Below the pieces are notes generated by a model. It did no database searches and was not told the origin of the DNA. It saw only the letters and a list, made by a program, of their open reading frames with translations. 64,000 nucleotides of DNA from Octopus vulgaris (taxonomy: Eukaryota), in the NCBI GenBank assembly GCA_951406725.2, contig OX597825.1, positions 17,298,001 to 17,362,000 of the forward strand. Reading direction: 5' to 3'. Of the stretch, positions 43,985-56,014 are shown in pieces. Position 1 is the stretch's first letter; the number at the start of each line of letters is the position of its first letter. The position numbers and the translations under genes were made by a program.

Positions 43985-44640
43985 AATCCCCATTGGCTTC
44001 AACCATGGACTCCAGACAACTTCGAAATCTTCTGCAACTCTTCTGGAAGGTCTCCTTGTTTATGTGGGGGAATGCTGCTATAACACCAATGATGAACTAA
44101 AGGCAAGGATGCCTTCAGTTCATCTTTGATATTACAAAGACTTTTTTTTTTTTTTTGGTTTCTTGCACAACTGCGCTCCGCACATGAAAATCAAAGGCGT
44201 TGCAGTCTGAGGAGTAAGGTGGCCAAATGTTAGGTGTCATGTGGATGCAGAAATTTCTTGATTGTTATGACTAGGTTCTCCTGTTTGTGTGGTGTAGTGC
44301 AGAGTTGTGTTGCCGAATATAGGGTCTTCCAGCAGCCGGCCTCTTGACCCAGGGCAGCACTAACTCGTCCAGTCCCTTTATGTAAGACTCCTGTTGACAG
44401 CGAGAGTGAGAAGACAAATGGAGCATAACTGCGTCATGATGCCGACTGGATATTTGATCTTTATCATTCTCAGTACCTGTTTTGGAGACACAGAAGATCC
44501 GTAATTTGCTATATGAAAACCGTTCCGTGTTTATAAAGACAATATGCATACAGTATGAATTCGTGTGACAACAACACACGGGATTATTTTTGAAGATCTG
44601 ATCATGAGCAAAACAGGTGCGCATTTGTCCCTGGGGTGCT
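43985..44640 (-). pseudogene. Tc1/mariner (maT/DD37D-like) transposase relic
   Basis: YIKGLDELVLPWVKRPAAGRPYIRQHNSALHHT, NFCIHMTPNIWPPYSSDCNAFDF and KSCRRFRSCLESMVEANGDFI match the QQDSAP.HT / WPPNSPD.NPLD motifs. Contains stops and frameshifts. Confidence 0.85.
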
Positions 44641-44719
44641 TAGTGATGAACAGAAGGAAAGATGCGTTGGTGGCAGCGGGCAGATAGGTCATCTTATTAA
44701 CTCTAATCCAAGGGTACTG

Positions 44720-45270
44720 AATACCTGGTAACCTGTGACGAAACCTGGATCTACATAGTGCCCAATCGAAAGATCCTGGCTCTCTAAACCCAAGAAGGCG
44801 AAATGAATTAAGTCCAACGTGAAGAACATAATAATCCTCTTTATCAGAAGTGAAGTAACGTCATCCAATCGGTTACCTCTACCTCTAGCCACGCCGCCAA
44901 AGAGTCTTTTGTTTTGAGTTTTTTCATGAAAAGATTTCATTGCAAAAGAATAGAGCCCTTCAACTGCCTGGCAACAATGCCTGACGATAATGCACCAGTC
45001 CACAATTCCATTGTGGCAAGCAACTTCTTGATAGAGTGGGACACCAAAACCCTCTCTCAATACAATCCAGATATTTCCCCTCGTGGCATTTCATTGTTCT
45101 TCAAACTGAAGGAAAACATCAGTGTTTTGGAAGATTGGAAAGATGGACGAGACTGTGACAATGGCCCTAGGCGGCTTTAATTTGAAAGAATATCAAAGGG
45201 CCTTCATAGGTTGGCTGGCACGCCACAAGAAGTGCATTAAGCTTAAATAATTCTAATTTGAATAAGATTA
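44720..45270 (+). pseudogene. mariner (DD34D-like) transposase relic
   Basis: LVTCDETWIY, DDNAPVHNS, YNPDISPRGISLFFKLKE and EYQRAFIGWLARHKKCI; deleted and frameshifted. Confidence 0.8.
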
Positions 45271-45635
45271 GTAATTTGTACACTTTGAAATGTGTATAAT
45301 TTTGCAAACAAAAAGAAAGTTTAGAAGAGAGTTCAAACGCAGATGCATTTATATGTGTGTTTTTCAGTATATACACACGTATCTGTGTATGTTTACATGC
45401 ATACACTACACACATAGAAGTAAACACATACACACGGCCTCACACATAAAGGCACCAGTGCGCATGTACATTGCGTGTAGTAGAGATAGCGCTAGTTTCA
45501 TAGTACCATTATTTCTTCCTCATTCGCTCATCTAATATTTAAGAACTCGGCGTAAATGAGAAATCCAGTGACGATCACTCGCACGAATATGAACACGAAT
45601 AGATATACATATACATAAGCAGATACGTATATATA

Positions 45636-45684
<49 letters not shown>

Positions 45685-45924
45685 TTATTTATATATACAC
45701 ATACATACATACACATATATATGTGTATATATACTTACAAACATACATACATATATACTGACACACACAGTCAGACGCATACTCACCCACAAATTTTTCG
45801 CATATATATTAAATTAGAACAGACAGACCCGGATTTTATACCACAAAACATTTTGTCTAGTCCTTTAGTAATCATTTTAAATTTTAGCACATGGTCAGCA
45901 ATTTCGGTTGAGGAATTAAGTCAA

Positions 45925-46085
45925 TAACATCGACCCCGGTATTTCACTGTTACGTTATTTATCGATCTCAAAAGGGTGAGGGCAAAGTTGATCTCGGCAG
46001 AATTTCAACTCAAAACGTTATGACGGACGAAACCACGCTAAGTATTTTGCCGTGCGTGCTATCAATACCGTCAGCTCGACGCCTG
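45925..46085 (-). mobile_element. SINE family B, degraded
   Basis: ATCGACCCCGGT...TTTATCGATCTCAAAAGGGTGA...CAGCTCGACGCC. Confidence 0.7.
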
Positions 46086-47260
46086 CCAAACACAACCACA
46101 CACAGACACACACACACACACACACATACCCCCCCCCCACCACACACACACAGCACACATACACACGCACATACACACACACATATATCAATATTCCAAC
46201 GAAACATTGTCTGCTTACATAGATTTGTGGTTGTACACCTGGACAGCTTCGTGTAAGTTTATTTATGAATGGTTTTGCGTGGTGTTTCTAAATATCAGTG
46301 GACATTGCTTATGCCAGGTTATTAAATATTTAATTGGAAATTAATATATTGTTCATAATAATACACTTTCACTAATAAGTACGTGCGTCACACAGAATCT
46401 TAAATAAGTTTGTATTATTTTTTCTGTGATACCATGATTATGACAACGACTGTTTTTGTAATTAATGCTCGTAGTCGAACTAGTGAGAACTTAATCAATG
46501 CTTGTTAATATTATTTCTAAGATTCAGCAGTCATCGATACTTATATAACCTATGAACTGTTTTTTGCGAATAGTTTTTAAAGGGAATTTAGGACATAATT
46601 CATTGTGATGTGTGAGAAAATATTGATGCGATAGATAAAAATTTCGGACCTTAGTTTTGGGTGTGCTGTTCTTCTTTATCTCATATTAAAACGTAAACCT
46701 ACACTTCTACAGTACAGTGATGCGTCTAAAGGAATTTGCTCACAGATAACCGCACCAATAATCTTCAAAACTGGATCAGCCTCAACTACATAGTTGGTAC
46801 ACGGTATGTAAATGCAAATAAACAAAAACAAAAAAAGAAACGCATCGCAAATTGAATGTATGAAAAAATGAACCAAGACGTAAATAATAAAACTGTGAGG
46901 CCGATTCTCTAGTGGTCTCATAATGATGTCTTATACCAGATTACTATCACAAATACAGATATATTTTGAGTAAGACCTGACTTCAGTAGTACAAGTAATA
47001 CCGTTTAAGTCATGATTTCATAGATAAATCAACTAATGTAGAATTAGGTAAACTCAATGTTTACGCGTATGTAATTTGGCAATGGCACATAACCTTAATC
47101 AAATCATCGGATATATAAATGTTTGAAACATTGAGCTATAGCTTGTTCGTTATCATATCGCTCTCTCATCAATATAAGAAAAAAGATGACGTTGGCACAT
47201 GTCGAATTTGAACTAGTGTTAAAGGATGTTGAAATTATGGAAATTGTATAAACATAGAAT

Positions 47261-47673
47261 TCCTTTATTGCCCACAGGGGGCGAAACATAGAGGGGACAA
47301 ACAAAAACAGACAAAGGGATTAAGTCAATTGCATCGACCACAGTACGTAAGTAGTACTTATTTAATCGACCCCGAAATGATGAAGGGCAAAGTCGGCCTC
47401 GGCGGAATTTTAACTCAGAACGTAACGGCAGACGAAATACCTATTTCTTTACTACCCACAGGGGGCTAAACACAGAGAGGACAAACAAGGACAAATAAAC
47501 GTATTAAGTCGATTATATCGCCTCCAGTGCGTAACTGGTACTTCATTTATCGACCCCGAAAGGATGAAAAGCAAAGTCAGCCACGGCGGAATTTGAACTC
47601 AGAACGTAGCGGCAGACGAGATACCGCTAAGCATTTCGCCCGGCGTGCTAACGATTGTGCCAGCTCACCGCTT
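47261..47673 (-). mobile_element. SINE family B: head plus two bodies inside one 12-bp TSD
   Basis: TAAACATAGAAT at 47249-47260 and 47674-47685. Internal junction GACGAAATACCTATTTCTTT at 47431. Confidence 0.9.
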
Positions 47674-48675
47674 TAAACATAGAATAATGTCATTGGTGGT
47701 AGAGATAGATCATGACAAGATAGCTACTCGATTAATTCAAGGTGGTAGTGACATCAAGTAGAACCAAGACACAACAATAGCTAAGACATTTTTAATTAAG
47801 GTACGTGCACTCCACCTGTAATATTCGTCATAAAGTGATGGCTATTAACTAACTACTAAAATAAATATGTTGAAGAGAACGGATATACCTGACATCTTTA
47901 ATATAAGAATGAAATGAGAATTGTCTACACAAAACTATAATAATATAGTTCAAATGTCAATGTGAAGAATTCATATCCATATAGAAGCGTTCAATTACAA
48001 AGACGAAAACCAAGTTAAGTTATTCTGAATGTTAAAGGTGGGTGGCGTGATAAGGAAACATTTTGAAACTAAATAATGTAACATGTTTCTAACAGCGGTT
48101 GATAAATGTCTACTTACTTTTGTCTGGCACCGCAATGAAACGGGCACGTTGTAGAATGAAACGATCATTAAAAGACTTACTTAATAATTGAATTTACTTA
48201 ACAAAAACATTGAACTCCAAGCAATTACCAAAATATCAATAGAAAAGGTCACAAATTGTTTGATCATATATAATACATACGCTGATATAAGTTAGTTATT
48301 GGACAAGAAACGCATCTATAAATCGATCATTTACCAAAGTACATCTTCGTAAGCTCTGGAATAATAGAGTTTTCATTTAGGCTTAATGCGGCGTTCTTTT
48401 TATATTCTGTTCCTCAACTACTAGATAATGCAAATTTGAAAATATGAATATGTCTTAAGCATTGGAATTGCAATTAGATCTGTTTCTTTATTCAAATTTA
48501 CGTGTGAAAATCTGATATCAGTTAAATTTTCATTTTCTTAAAGTGGGCGTTACATTAAATGTATAACTTTTCGTGATGCTTTATATGATGTGGGTGACGA
48601 GGGAAACCAGTGAGAAGAATAAGGGGAAACAGCTATCTGGTAATGCAAGAAACTTCTTTCAGCAAATGTAAACAT

Positions 48676-48825
48676 AGGCTTAGGAGTGGCTGTGGGGTAA
48701 ATATCTTGCACACCAACCACATGGTTCCGAGTTCGGTCCCACTGCGTGAAACCTTGGGGAAATGTCTTCCTTGCCTACCAAAGCCAAATGAGTGGATTTG
48801 GTAGACGGAAACTGAAAGACGCCAG

Positions 48826-48875
<50 letters not shown>

Positions 48876-49115
48876 GTATGTATGTGTGTATATATGTGTG
48901 TGTATATGTTTGTGTGCCTGTGTTTGTTCCCCCAACATTGCTTGACAACCGATGCTGGTGTGTTTACGTCCCCGTAACTAAGCTGTTCGTTCGGCAAAGG
49001 AGACCGATAGAATAAGTACTAGGCTTACAAATAATAAGTCCTGTGTTTGATTTGCTCGACTAAAGGCGGTGCTCCATCAGGGCCACAGTCAAATGACTGA
49101 ACCAAGTAAAAGAGT
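48676..49115 (+). mobile_element. SINE family C
   Basis: GGAGTGGCTGTGGGGTAA head, internal (TA)/(TG), tail GACTGAACCAAGTAAAAGAG. Confidence 0.88.
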
Positions 49116-49469
49116 ATACTGTACGTATGCAATATATGCGTGCGGGTATATCAACTAGAAAAAAAGAACGTAAATATTTCTCTTTTGCTGTGATATATGT
49201 GATAAATTCTGTTCGAAGTATTAGTATCAACAATGTATTATCAAGAGTAAATACAAAATTTTCAACAACGAATTACACCTGCTCACTTTTCATTGGAAAT
49301 ACGTACGTAAGGTAATCTCCGATATGATCGGTTTCTCAGCAGCAGTCCTGGAGAAATTACATCCGCACTATAGCTAAGGCAAGAGCGAATCTAGCGTAAA
49401 AGCCCAGAACATAACTATTTTCTCAAAATTTTTATGGGGTATTGTTACTTGAACTAATAGGACGGTAAA

Positions 49470-49864
49470 TCTTTATATATAAAAGTGAAGTTGTGTGTCT
49501 GTCTCCTACGATTTAGATTCCTAACTACTCCCACATTTTGCGGTGCAGTTTAACCAAAACCGGTATCTTATAGTCGTGATTCATATCGAACCCTTCTGGG
49601 TATTAGCGCGCGTCTACAATGAGTCTACGATTTAAAAAAAAATTACCATCATGTTTTTCCATTTTAATGCATTTTTTCGCTATCATATAAGGGAAGTAAC
49701 TTTCTAAAAATGTCTACGATGAGTCAACGATTTAAAAAAAAATTACCATCATTTTTTTTCCATTTTTAATGCATTTTTTGCTATTTTTTTGGCTATAACT
49801 CTCTAAAAATGCTTATATAGTTATTTCCCTTACAAACCCGAGCAACGCCGGGCGATACTGCTAG
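49470..49864 (+). mobile_element. Non-autonomous Helitron (395 bp)
   Basis: A|TCTTTATATATAAAAG 5' end, CCCGAGCAACGCCGGG hairpin, CTAG|T 3' end. Internal ~70-bp direct repeat at ~49613 and ~49713. Confidence 0.88.
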
Positions 49865-50174
49865 TATATATACAAAAGAAAACAAAATATCCTTTACAGT
49901 ATTTAGGATAGACACACCAAACAGACTGACATAAATTCACAAACATGTTAGTCTGAGGCCCAGAGAGGTCTCTATAGACTGCCGTCAGTGTATTTGTGTA
50001 GAAAATATCGAGGCTCGCGAGTAGCCTTCAACCATTTATACCCAAAGGGGATTTGAACCTGATATTTACCCAACAATTGTACGACGCTGTTTGTAGCTTT
50101 ATCTGCTTCGAGTAAACAATTTCTTGAAGTTATATGTATGCACACACACACATACACACACACACACATACACC

Positions 50175-50214
<40 letters not shown>

Positions 50215-50221
<7 letters not shown>

Positions 50222-50480
50222 TTATTATATAGAAGGAGCTTCTACAGGACTAGTACTGTTTCATTCAAGAGAAATCTTCAGAAATACACATGTATATATA
50301 TATGTGTGTAAATACACATGTATATATATGTGTGTAAATACACATGTATATTTATTTATTATATAGAAGGAGCTTCTACAGGACTAGTACTGTTTCATTC
50401 AAGAGAAATCTTCAGAAATACACATGTATATATATATGTGTGTAAATACACATGTATATATATATGTGTGTATATATATA
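50215..50480 (-). repeat. 134-bp tandem duplication carrying 5'-truncated hammerhead (family E)
   Basis: Minus strand CTGAAGA-TTTCTCTTGAAT-GAAACAG-TACTAGTC-CTGTA-GAAGCT at 50281-50237 and 50415-50371. The 5' strand of helix I is largely lost. Confidence 0.75.
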
Positions 50481-50528
50481 TATGTTTATATGTGAGTATG
50501 TAGAGATATAAGTATATGCATGTGTATA

Positions 50529-50561
<33 letters not shown>

Positions 50562-50733
50562 GTATGGGTATGTGTATCAGTGTATATGTATATATGTATG
50601 TGTGTGTGTATGTATATGTATGTATATGTGTATATATGTATGTGTATATGTGTATATATGTGTATATATATATATATGTATGTATGTGTATGTGTATGTA
50701 TATGTATATGTGTATGTATATGTATGTGTATAT

Positions 50734-50790
<57 letters not shown>

Positions 50791-51261
50791 TGTGTGTATG
50801 TATGCATATATGTATGTATGCATGTATATGTGTATGTATGTATATATGTGTGTAAGTGTGTGCATATATGTATATGTAAGTATATGTGCGTGTATGCTTG
50901 CACACGTGTATATATGTGTGTGTGTGTATATATATGGATGTGCGTGCGTGTGTGCACGTGTATGGGTACGCATGTATATGTGTATGTGCGTGTATGTGTA
51001 TGTATGCATATATGTATGTATGCATGTATATGTGTATGTATATATGTGTGTAAGTGTGTGCATATATGTATATGTAAGTATGTGTGCGTGTATGAGTATG
51101 TATGTATGCTTGCACACGTGTATATATGAGTGTGTGTGTATATATATGGATGCACGTGCGTGTGTGCACGTGTATGGGTACGCATGTATATGTGTATGTG
51201 CGTGTATGTGTATACGTGTATGTATGTATGTGGGTGCGTATATTTGTATATGTATGTGTGA

Positions 51262-51302
<41 letters not shown>

Positions 51303-51407
51303 TGGGGGTGTGTGTATGCGTATAAATGCATGTAAGTATGGATGTATGGATGTATGTATGTATGTATACGTATGTATGTGTTTGTGTGTATATGTATGTA
51401 TGTGTGT

Positions 51408-51441
<34 letters not shown>

Positions 51442-51490
51442 GTGTATATATGTTTGTGTATGTATATATATGTGTATGTATATGTGTGTG

Positions 51491-51521
<31 letters not shown>

Positions 51522-51528
51522 ATGTGTA

Positions 51529-51584
<56 letters not shown>

Positions 51585-51977
51585 GGTATGTATCTGTATG
51601 TAGGAGTATATGTGTGTGTGTGTATGTATATGTGTATATATATATATATATGTATATTTATTGGTGTATATGTATAGACTAGCCTCCTAAAGTGTAGACA
51701 CGAATCTGTAGGTACGAGTACGTATGTGTATATACGTGAACGTATGTAGATGTTTGTATGTATGAATATAACGCGTGCGTACGTGTATGTGTATGAGTGT
51801 ACGAATGGGTGAATGTACGTGCTAATGAGTGTGCGTGCGGGAATGAGTACTTGCCTTCTAGTAGACAGACAAATGGACATGCTGCCATAGCCAGGATCCT
51901 TAGCTCTAGCGATCAAAGATAACAAAAGTAATAAATGAAGATAATAAAATTAAAATTAGGGAATGGGCCTGTATTGG

Positions 51978-52024
<47 letters not shown>

Positions 52025-52454
52025 GTGTATGTGTAGGTATGTATAGGTACACATGTGTATGTGTATGTGTATGTATATGTGTATGTGTATGTATGTGCAC
52101 ACATGTATATATATGTATGCGTGTATATGTATATATATATATATATATATGTACATGTGTGTATGTGGGTGTATGTATATATAGGTGTAAATATGTGTAT
52201 ATAGGGAACTATAAGTGTGTTGTGCGTGCATGAGTGTATGTGCGTATGAATATATATTTTTCTGTGTATATATGTATGTGTGGTCGTGGGTATATATATA
52301 CATGTGTGTATGCGTGCATGCATGGGAGGGAGTGTATGCATATATACGTGTGTGTATGTGTAGACAGGTATATGCATGTGCATGTGTATAAATTTGTATA
52401 TGTGGGCGGGTGTATGTATGTGTGTATGTAGATATGTATGTATATGTGTATATA

Positions 52455-52501
<47 letters not shown>

Positions 52502-52545
52502 GTGTATATATATGTGTGTAGATACGTATACATATGTGTATAGGT
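50480..52545. repeat. ~2-kb degenerate (TG/TA) microsatellite field with a ~200-bp higher-order duplication
   Basis: Alternating purine-pyrimidine sequence. 50804-51000 is repeated at ~51007-51212. Confidence 0.9.
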
Positions 52546-52984
52546 ATAAGTGAGAATCTCCTTATTTACCTATAACTCTATCCCCCTTTTTTATATATAT
52601 ATTTTTTTATATATATATTTTTTATATATATTTTTATATATATTTTTATTTTTTTATTTTTTTATTTTTTTTATTTTTTTATTTCTTTATTTTTTTATTT
52701 ATCTATTCTTTCATCTAACTTACCACTGACTCCTTGACCACTCCCCCAAGTATGATATTTTGCGCTATGCCTACCCCCAAAAAAGTCCCCCACCACCACT
52801 CCTTTAAACCTGCCTAAATGTATAAATGCTAATACATTTCTTGTTAAATAGCTTCCTGAAGATATCTCTTGGAATGAAACAGTACTAGTCCTGTAGAAGC
52901 TCCTTCTATATAATAAATTAATTTTACTCTGCTATGTATTGAGTACCTTACTTACTGTGGTTATCCCCGAATCAACCCGGGACC

Positions 52985-52987
<3 letters not shown>
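52540..52987 (+). mobile_element. Hammerhead-bearing short element, family E
   Basis: Shares ~65 bp with the 50215-50480 copies in inverted orientation. Its 3' end runs into (TA)n at 52988. Confidence 0.65.
52850..52901 (+). ncRNA. Type I hammerhead ribozyme motif
   Basis: AGCTTC-CTGAAGA-TATCTCTTGGAAT-GAA-ACAG-TACTAGTC-CTGT-A-GAAGCT: 6-bp helix I, 4-bp helix III with palindromic ACTAGT in the loop, GUA cleavage triplet. Helix II is imperfect. Confidence 0.75.
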
Positions 52988-53028
<41 letters not shown>

Positions 53029-53029
<1 letters not shown>

Positions 53030-53236
53030 AGTTAATCCAAACATGGAAACACAAAGAGGAAACACAACGACGCGAGGACGTGGAACAAATGTAGTATTAT
53101 TCGACGCCCAGGAAGGAAGGGAAGAAGCAGGTTTTAACGTTTCGAGCGGAGCTCTTCGTCGGAAACATAGGAGAAGGAAAGATCCAGAGAAGGAAAGACA
53201 GAGGAAAAAAAATCGCCAACGGTACACACGCGGTCA
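53029..53236 (-). mobile_element. Family D element with hammerhead (core U4>C)
   Basis: Minus strand 53166-53131: GTTT-CCGACGA-A-GAGC-TCC-GCTC-GAAAC-GTT-AAAAC. Reverse complement of 10471-10667. Confidence 0.75.
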
Positions 53237-53295
53237 CATTTTGAATGTATATATACGTATATATGTAGAGAGTGGCTGTGTAGTATATATATATA

Positions 53296-53633
53296 TATAT
53301 GAGTAGAACGGATAAGAGATGTGAGGGGCGAGAGAATATTCATTATTTGAATGTCTATTTCTACTACGTGTGTGTAAGTGCTTTAGTGTGTATGTGTGAG
53401 GACGTTGAAATGCATACTCGAGCACAGATCACTGTCTTTCTCTATCTTTCTCTCTTTATTCATACCAAAAAACGCCGAAATAATGCATTGTCTAGAGAAG
53501 AACAGGGTAAATGTTTTTTTTTATTTTTTTTATTTTTCCTTAGATTTCGGAATTACTACTATTTGCGGTTGGAGCCCTGGCTGCTATTTCTAGTGGGTCG
53601 AACGGCCTATTGTGGCCGTTCCTCAATTGTTGT

Positions 53634-53670
<37 letters not shown>

Positions 53671-53960
53671 TTATTTATTAGGGAATAAAACATTCCGGCG
53701 TCACAGGGATTCAAATAAAATTAATTATTCTTGATAAGGAAGTATACGAAACAAGTAAAAGGGTAAAAGATTATACACGTGTAATTATTTGTATGAATAA
53801 AGAGAGAAAGAGAGAGAAAGACAGTGATCTGTGCTCGAGTATGCATTTCAACGTCCCCACACATACACACTAAAGCACTTACACACACGTAGTAGAAATA
53901 AAGATTCAAATAATGAATATTCTCTCGCCCCTCACATCTCTTATCCGTTCTACTCATATA
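53296..53960. repeat. Inverted repeat, ~170-bp arms (53296-53465 and 53791-53960)
   Basis: The arms are near-identical reverse complements; the ORF track shows the same peptides on both strands. Confidence 0.93.
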
Positions 53961-54769
53961 AACAGACAGACGCACACATCAACACACAAACCTACACACA
54001 CACACACACATGCATATATAGATGCGTATATATGTACATATATACATATACACGTGCATATATTTTATATACACACGCACATGTATATATGTATGTGAGT
54101 GTATGTGTATATATGTATATACATACGAATATACATACACATATATGTGTATGTATATAATAGTACATTTTTAATCTTCGAAAGGTAAAACGGCGTGTTC
54201 CATTTCTTCCACCAAACAAAGACAGCGAAAATAACATATCAATGTTTATCTACATATTAATTCAGTTCCATTTCTTCTACGTCTCTGTCGCTTAATGTCT
54301 GGTCATCTTTAATAGTCTTCGTGTGAACTAATTTCAGGAAACTAAGCTCATCATATTAAGAATAATTGATTTTGGAATTACTTTAAGAAAATCACGTTTT
54401 ATTTAAACTTAAGGACTTTAACAATGGAAATGCCAGATTATTTCTCATAGACTTTCTTGAAATGTATTCTTTGACCTTAACAAACGTTTTGCTGTTCATT
54501 AGAATAACGTTCGGTTGTGGATAATAAGATAATATAATTGTTTAGTTTGAAAATTTCTTCAGGTATTTTCCAGCTATTATCAGCCTCATCCGTGAAGAAA
54601 TCAGCAATACTGGAAATAATTCAAATGCGTATTTACTGATATGAAAAAAAGCCAAAGTGCGTGTTATCAGTGGCATAACGACTCTCTAGGAAACAACAAA
54701 TCGAAAATGATATTAATAAGTGATGAACCAGCAGAATGAAAAAGAAAACGAACTACAATTATACTAATA

Positions 54770-55239
54770 ATGCTTTCTACTAGAGGTACAAGGCCTGAAA
54801 TTTGTGGGGAGTGACTAGTTGATTAGATCGACCCCAGTGTTTTACTGGTACTTAATTTATCGACCCCGAAAAGATAAAAGACAAAGTAGACCTGATGTGT
54901 ATACTGGATGCTGTATATTTTACCCTAGTGTTACTGTGATGGCATACACTGTTCTCTCACTCAATAAAAATAATAATAATAATAAAAATAATAATAATAA
55001 TAATATATTTCTTTACTACCCACAAGGGACTAAACACAGAGGGGACAAACAAGGACAGACAAACGGATTAAGTCGATTATATCGACCCCAGTGCGTAACC
55101 GGTACTTAATTTATCGACCCCGAAAGGATGAAAGGCAGAGTCGACCTCGGCGGAATTTGAACTCAGAACGTAACGGCAGACGAAATACGGCTACGCACTT
55201 CGCCCGGTGTGCTAACGTTTCTGCCAGCTCGACGCCTTT
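54770..55239 (-). mobile_element. Two SINE family B copies (54770-54892 partial; 55007-55239 full)
   Basis: TTTATCGACCCCGAAA cores at ~54857 and ~55110, with (AAT)n tracts adjacent. Confidence 0.88.
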
Positions 55240-55246
55240 AATGATG

Positions 55247-55305
<59 letters not shown>

Positions 55306-55669
55306 TGCAACTCAGATCGTGAACCTGAAAACTGACAAAGATGTCTGGGATGTGATTTAGCAAACTGCATAGGTAAATTCTGACACCCCCACGTATCTGT
55401 GGTAGCACTAGAATACAATATGATGTGTCGCTTTAAATCGAATACTACGAAATGAAAAATATTCGGAAGAATCTATAACAGTCCATGATTTGTCTTGTAA
55501 GAAAAACCGAGATGTTTTTTACACATAAGAGAAACACTTTTTTATCTCATCAACGTAGCATTATTCAGACAGGATTAATAAAGATATACCATACACCAGG
55601 CAGGGTTGTCTAACACGATCATACATACATACATACATACATACATACATACATACATACATACATGCA

Positions 55670-55706
<37 letters not shown>

Positions 55707-55907
55707 ATGTAGGGATAACATTTTTCGGGAAAAAAATGTTATCAATGGCCAGCATATCAAAAAATACCTTTAAAGGTTAAATTTATATATATGTATACAT
55801 ACATACATATACACATACATGCATGCATTCATGTATTTATATATATATGTATGTATATATATATATATGTGTGTGTGTGTATGTGTATATATATCTGTAT
55901 CTATATT

Positions 55908-56014
<107 letters not shown>

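Noticed and set aside
50395-52533. Long ORFs (up to 479 aa) rich in Y/I/H/T/V/C/M
   Set aside because: They are translations of TA/TG/CA microsatellite, which lacks stops in several frames. The same applies to most ORFs in the track.
53725-53762. HHR-like TTGATAA...GAAACAAGTA
   Set aside because: Two core mismatches and no convincing helix I or II.
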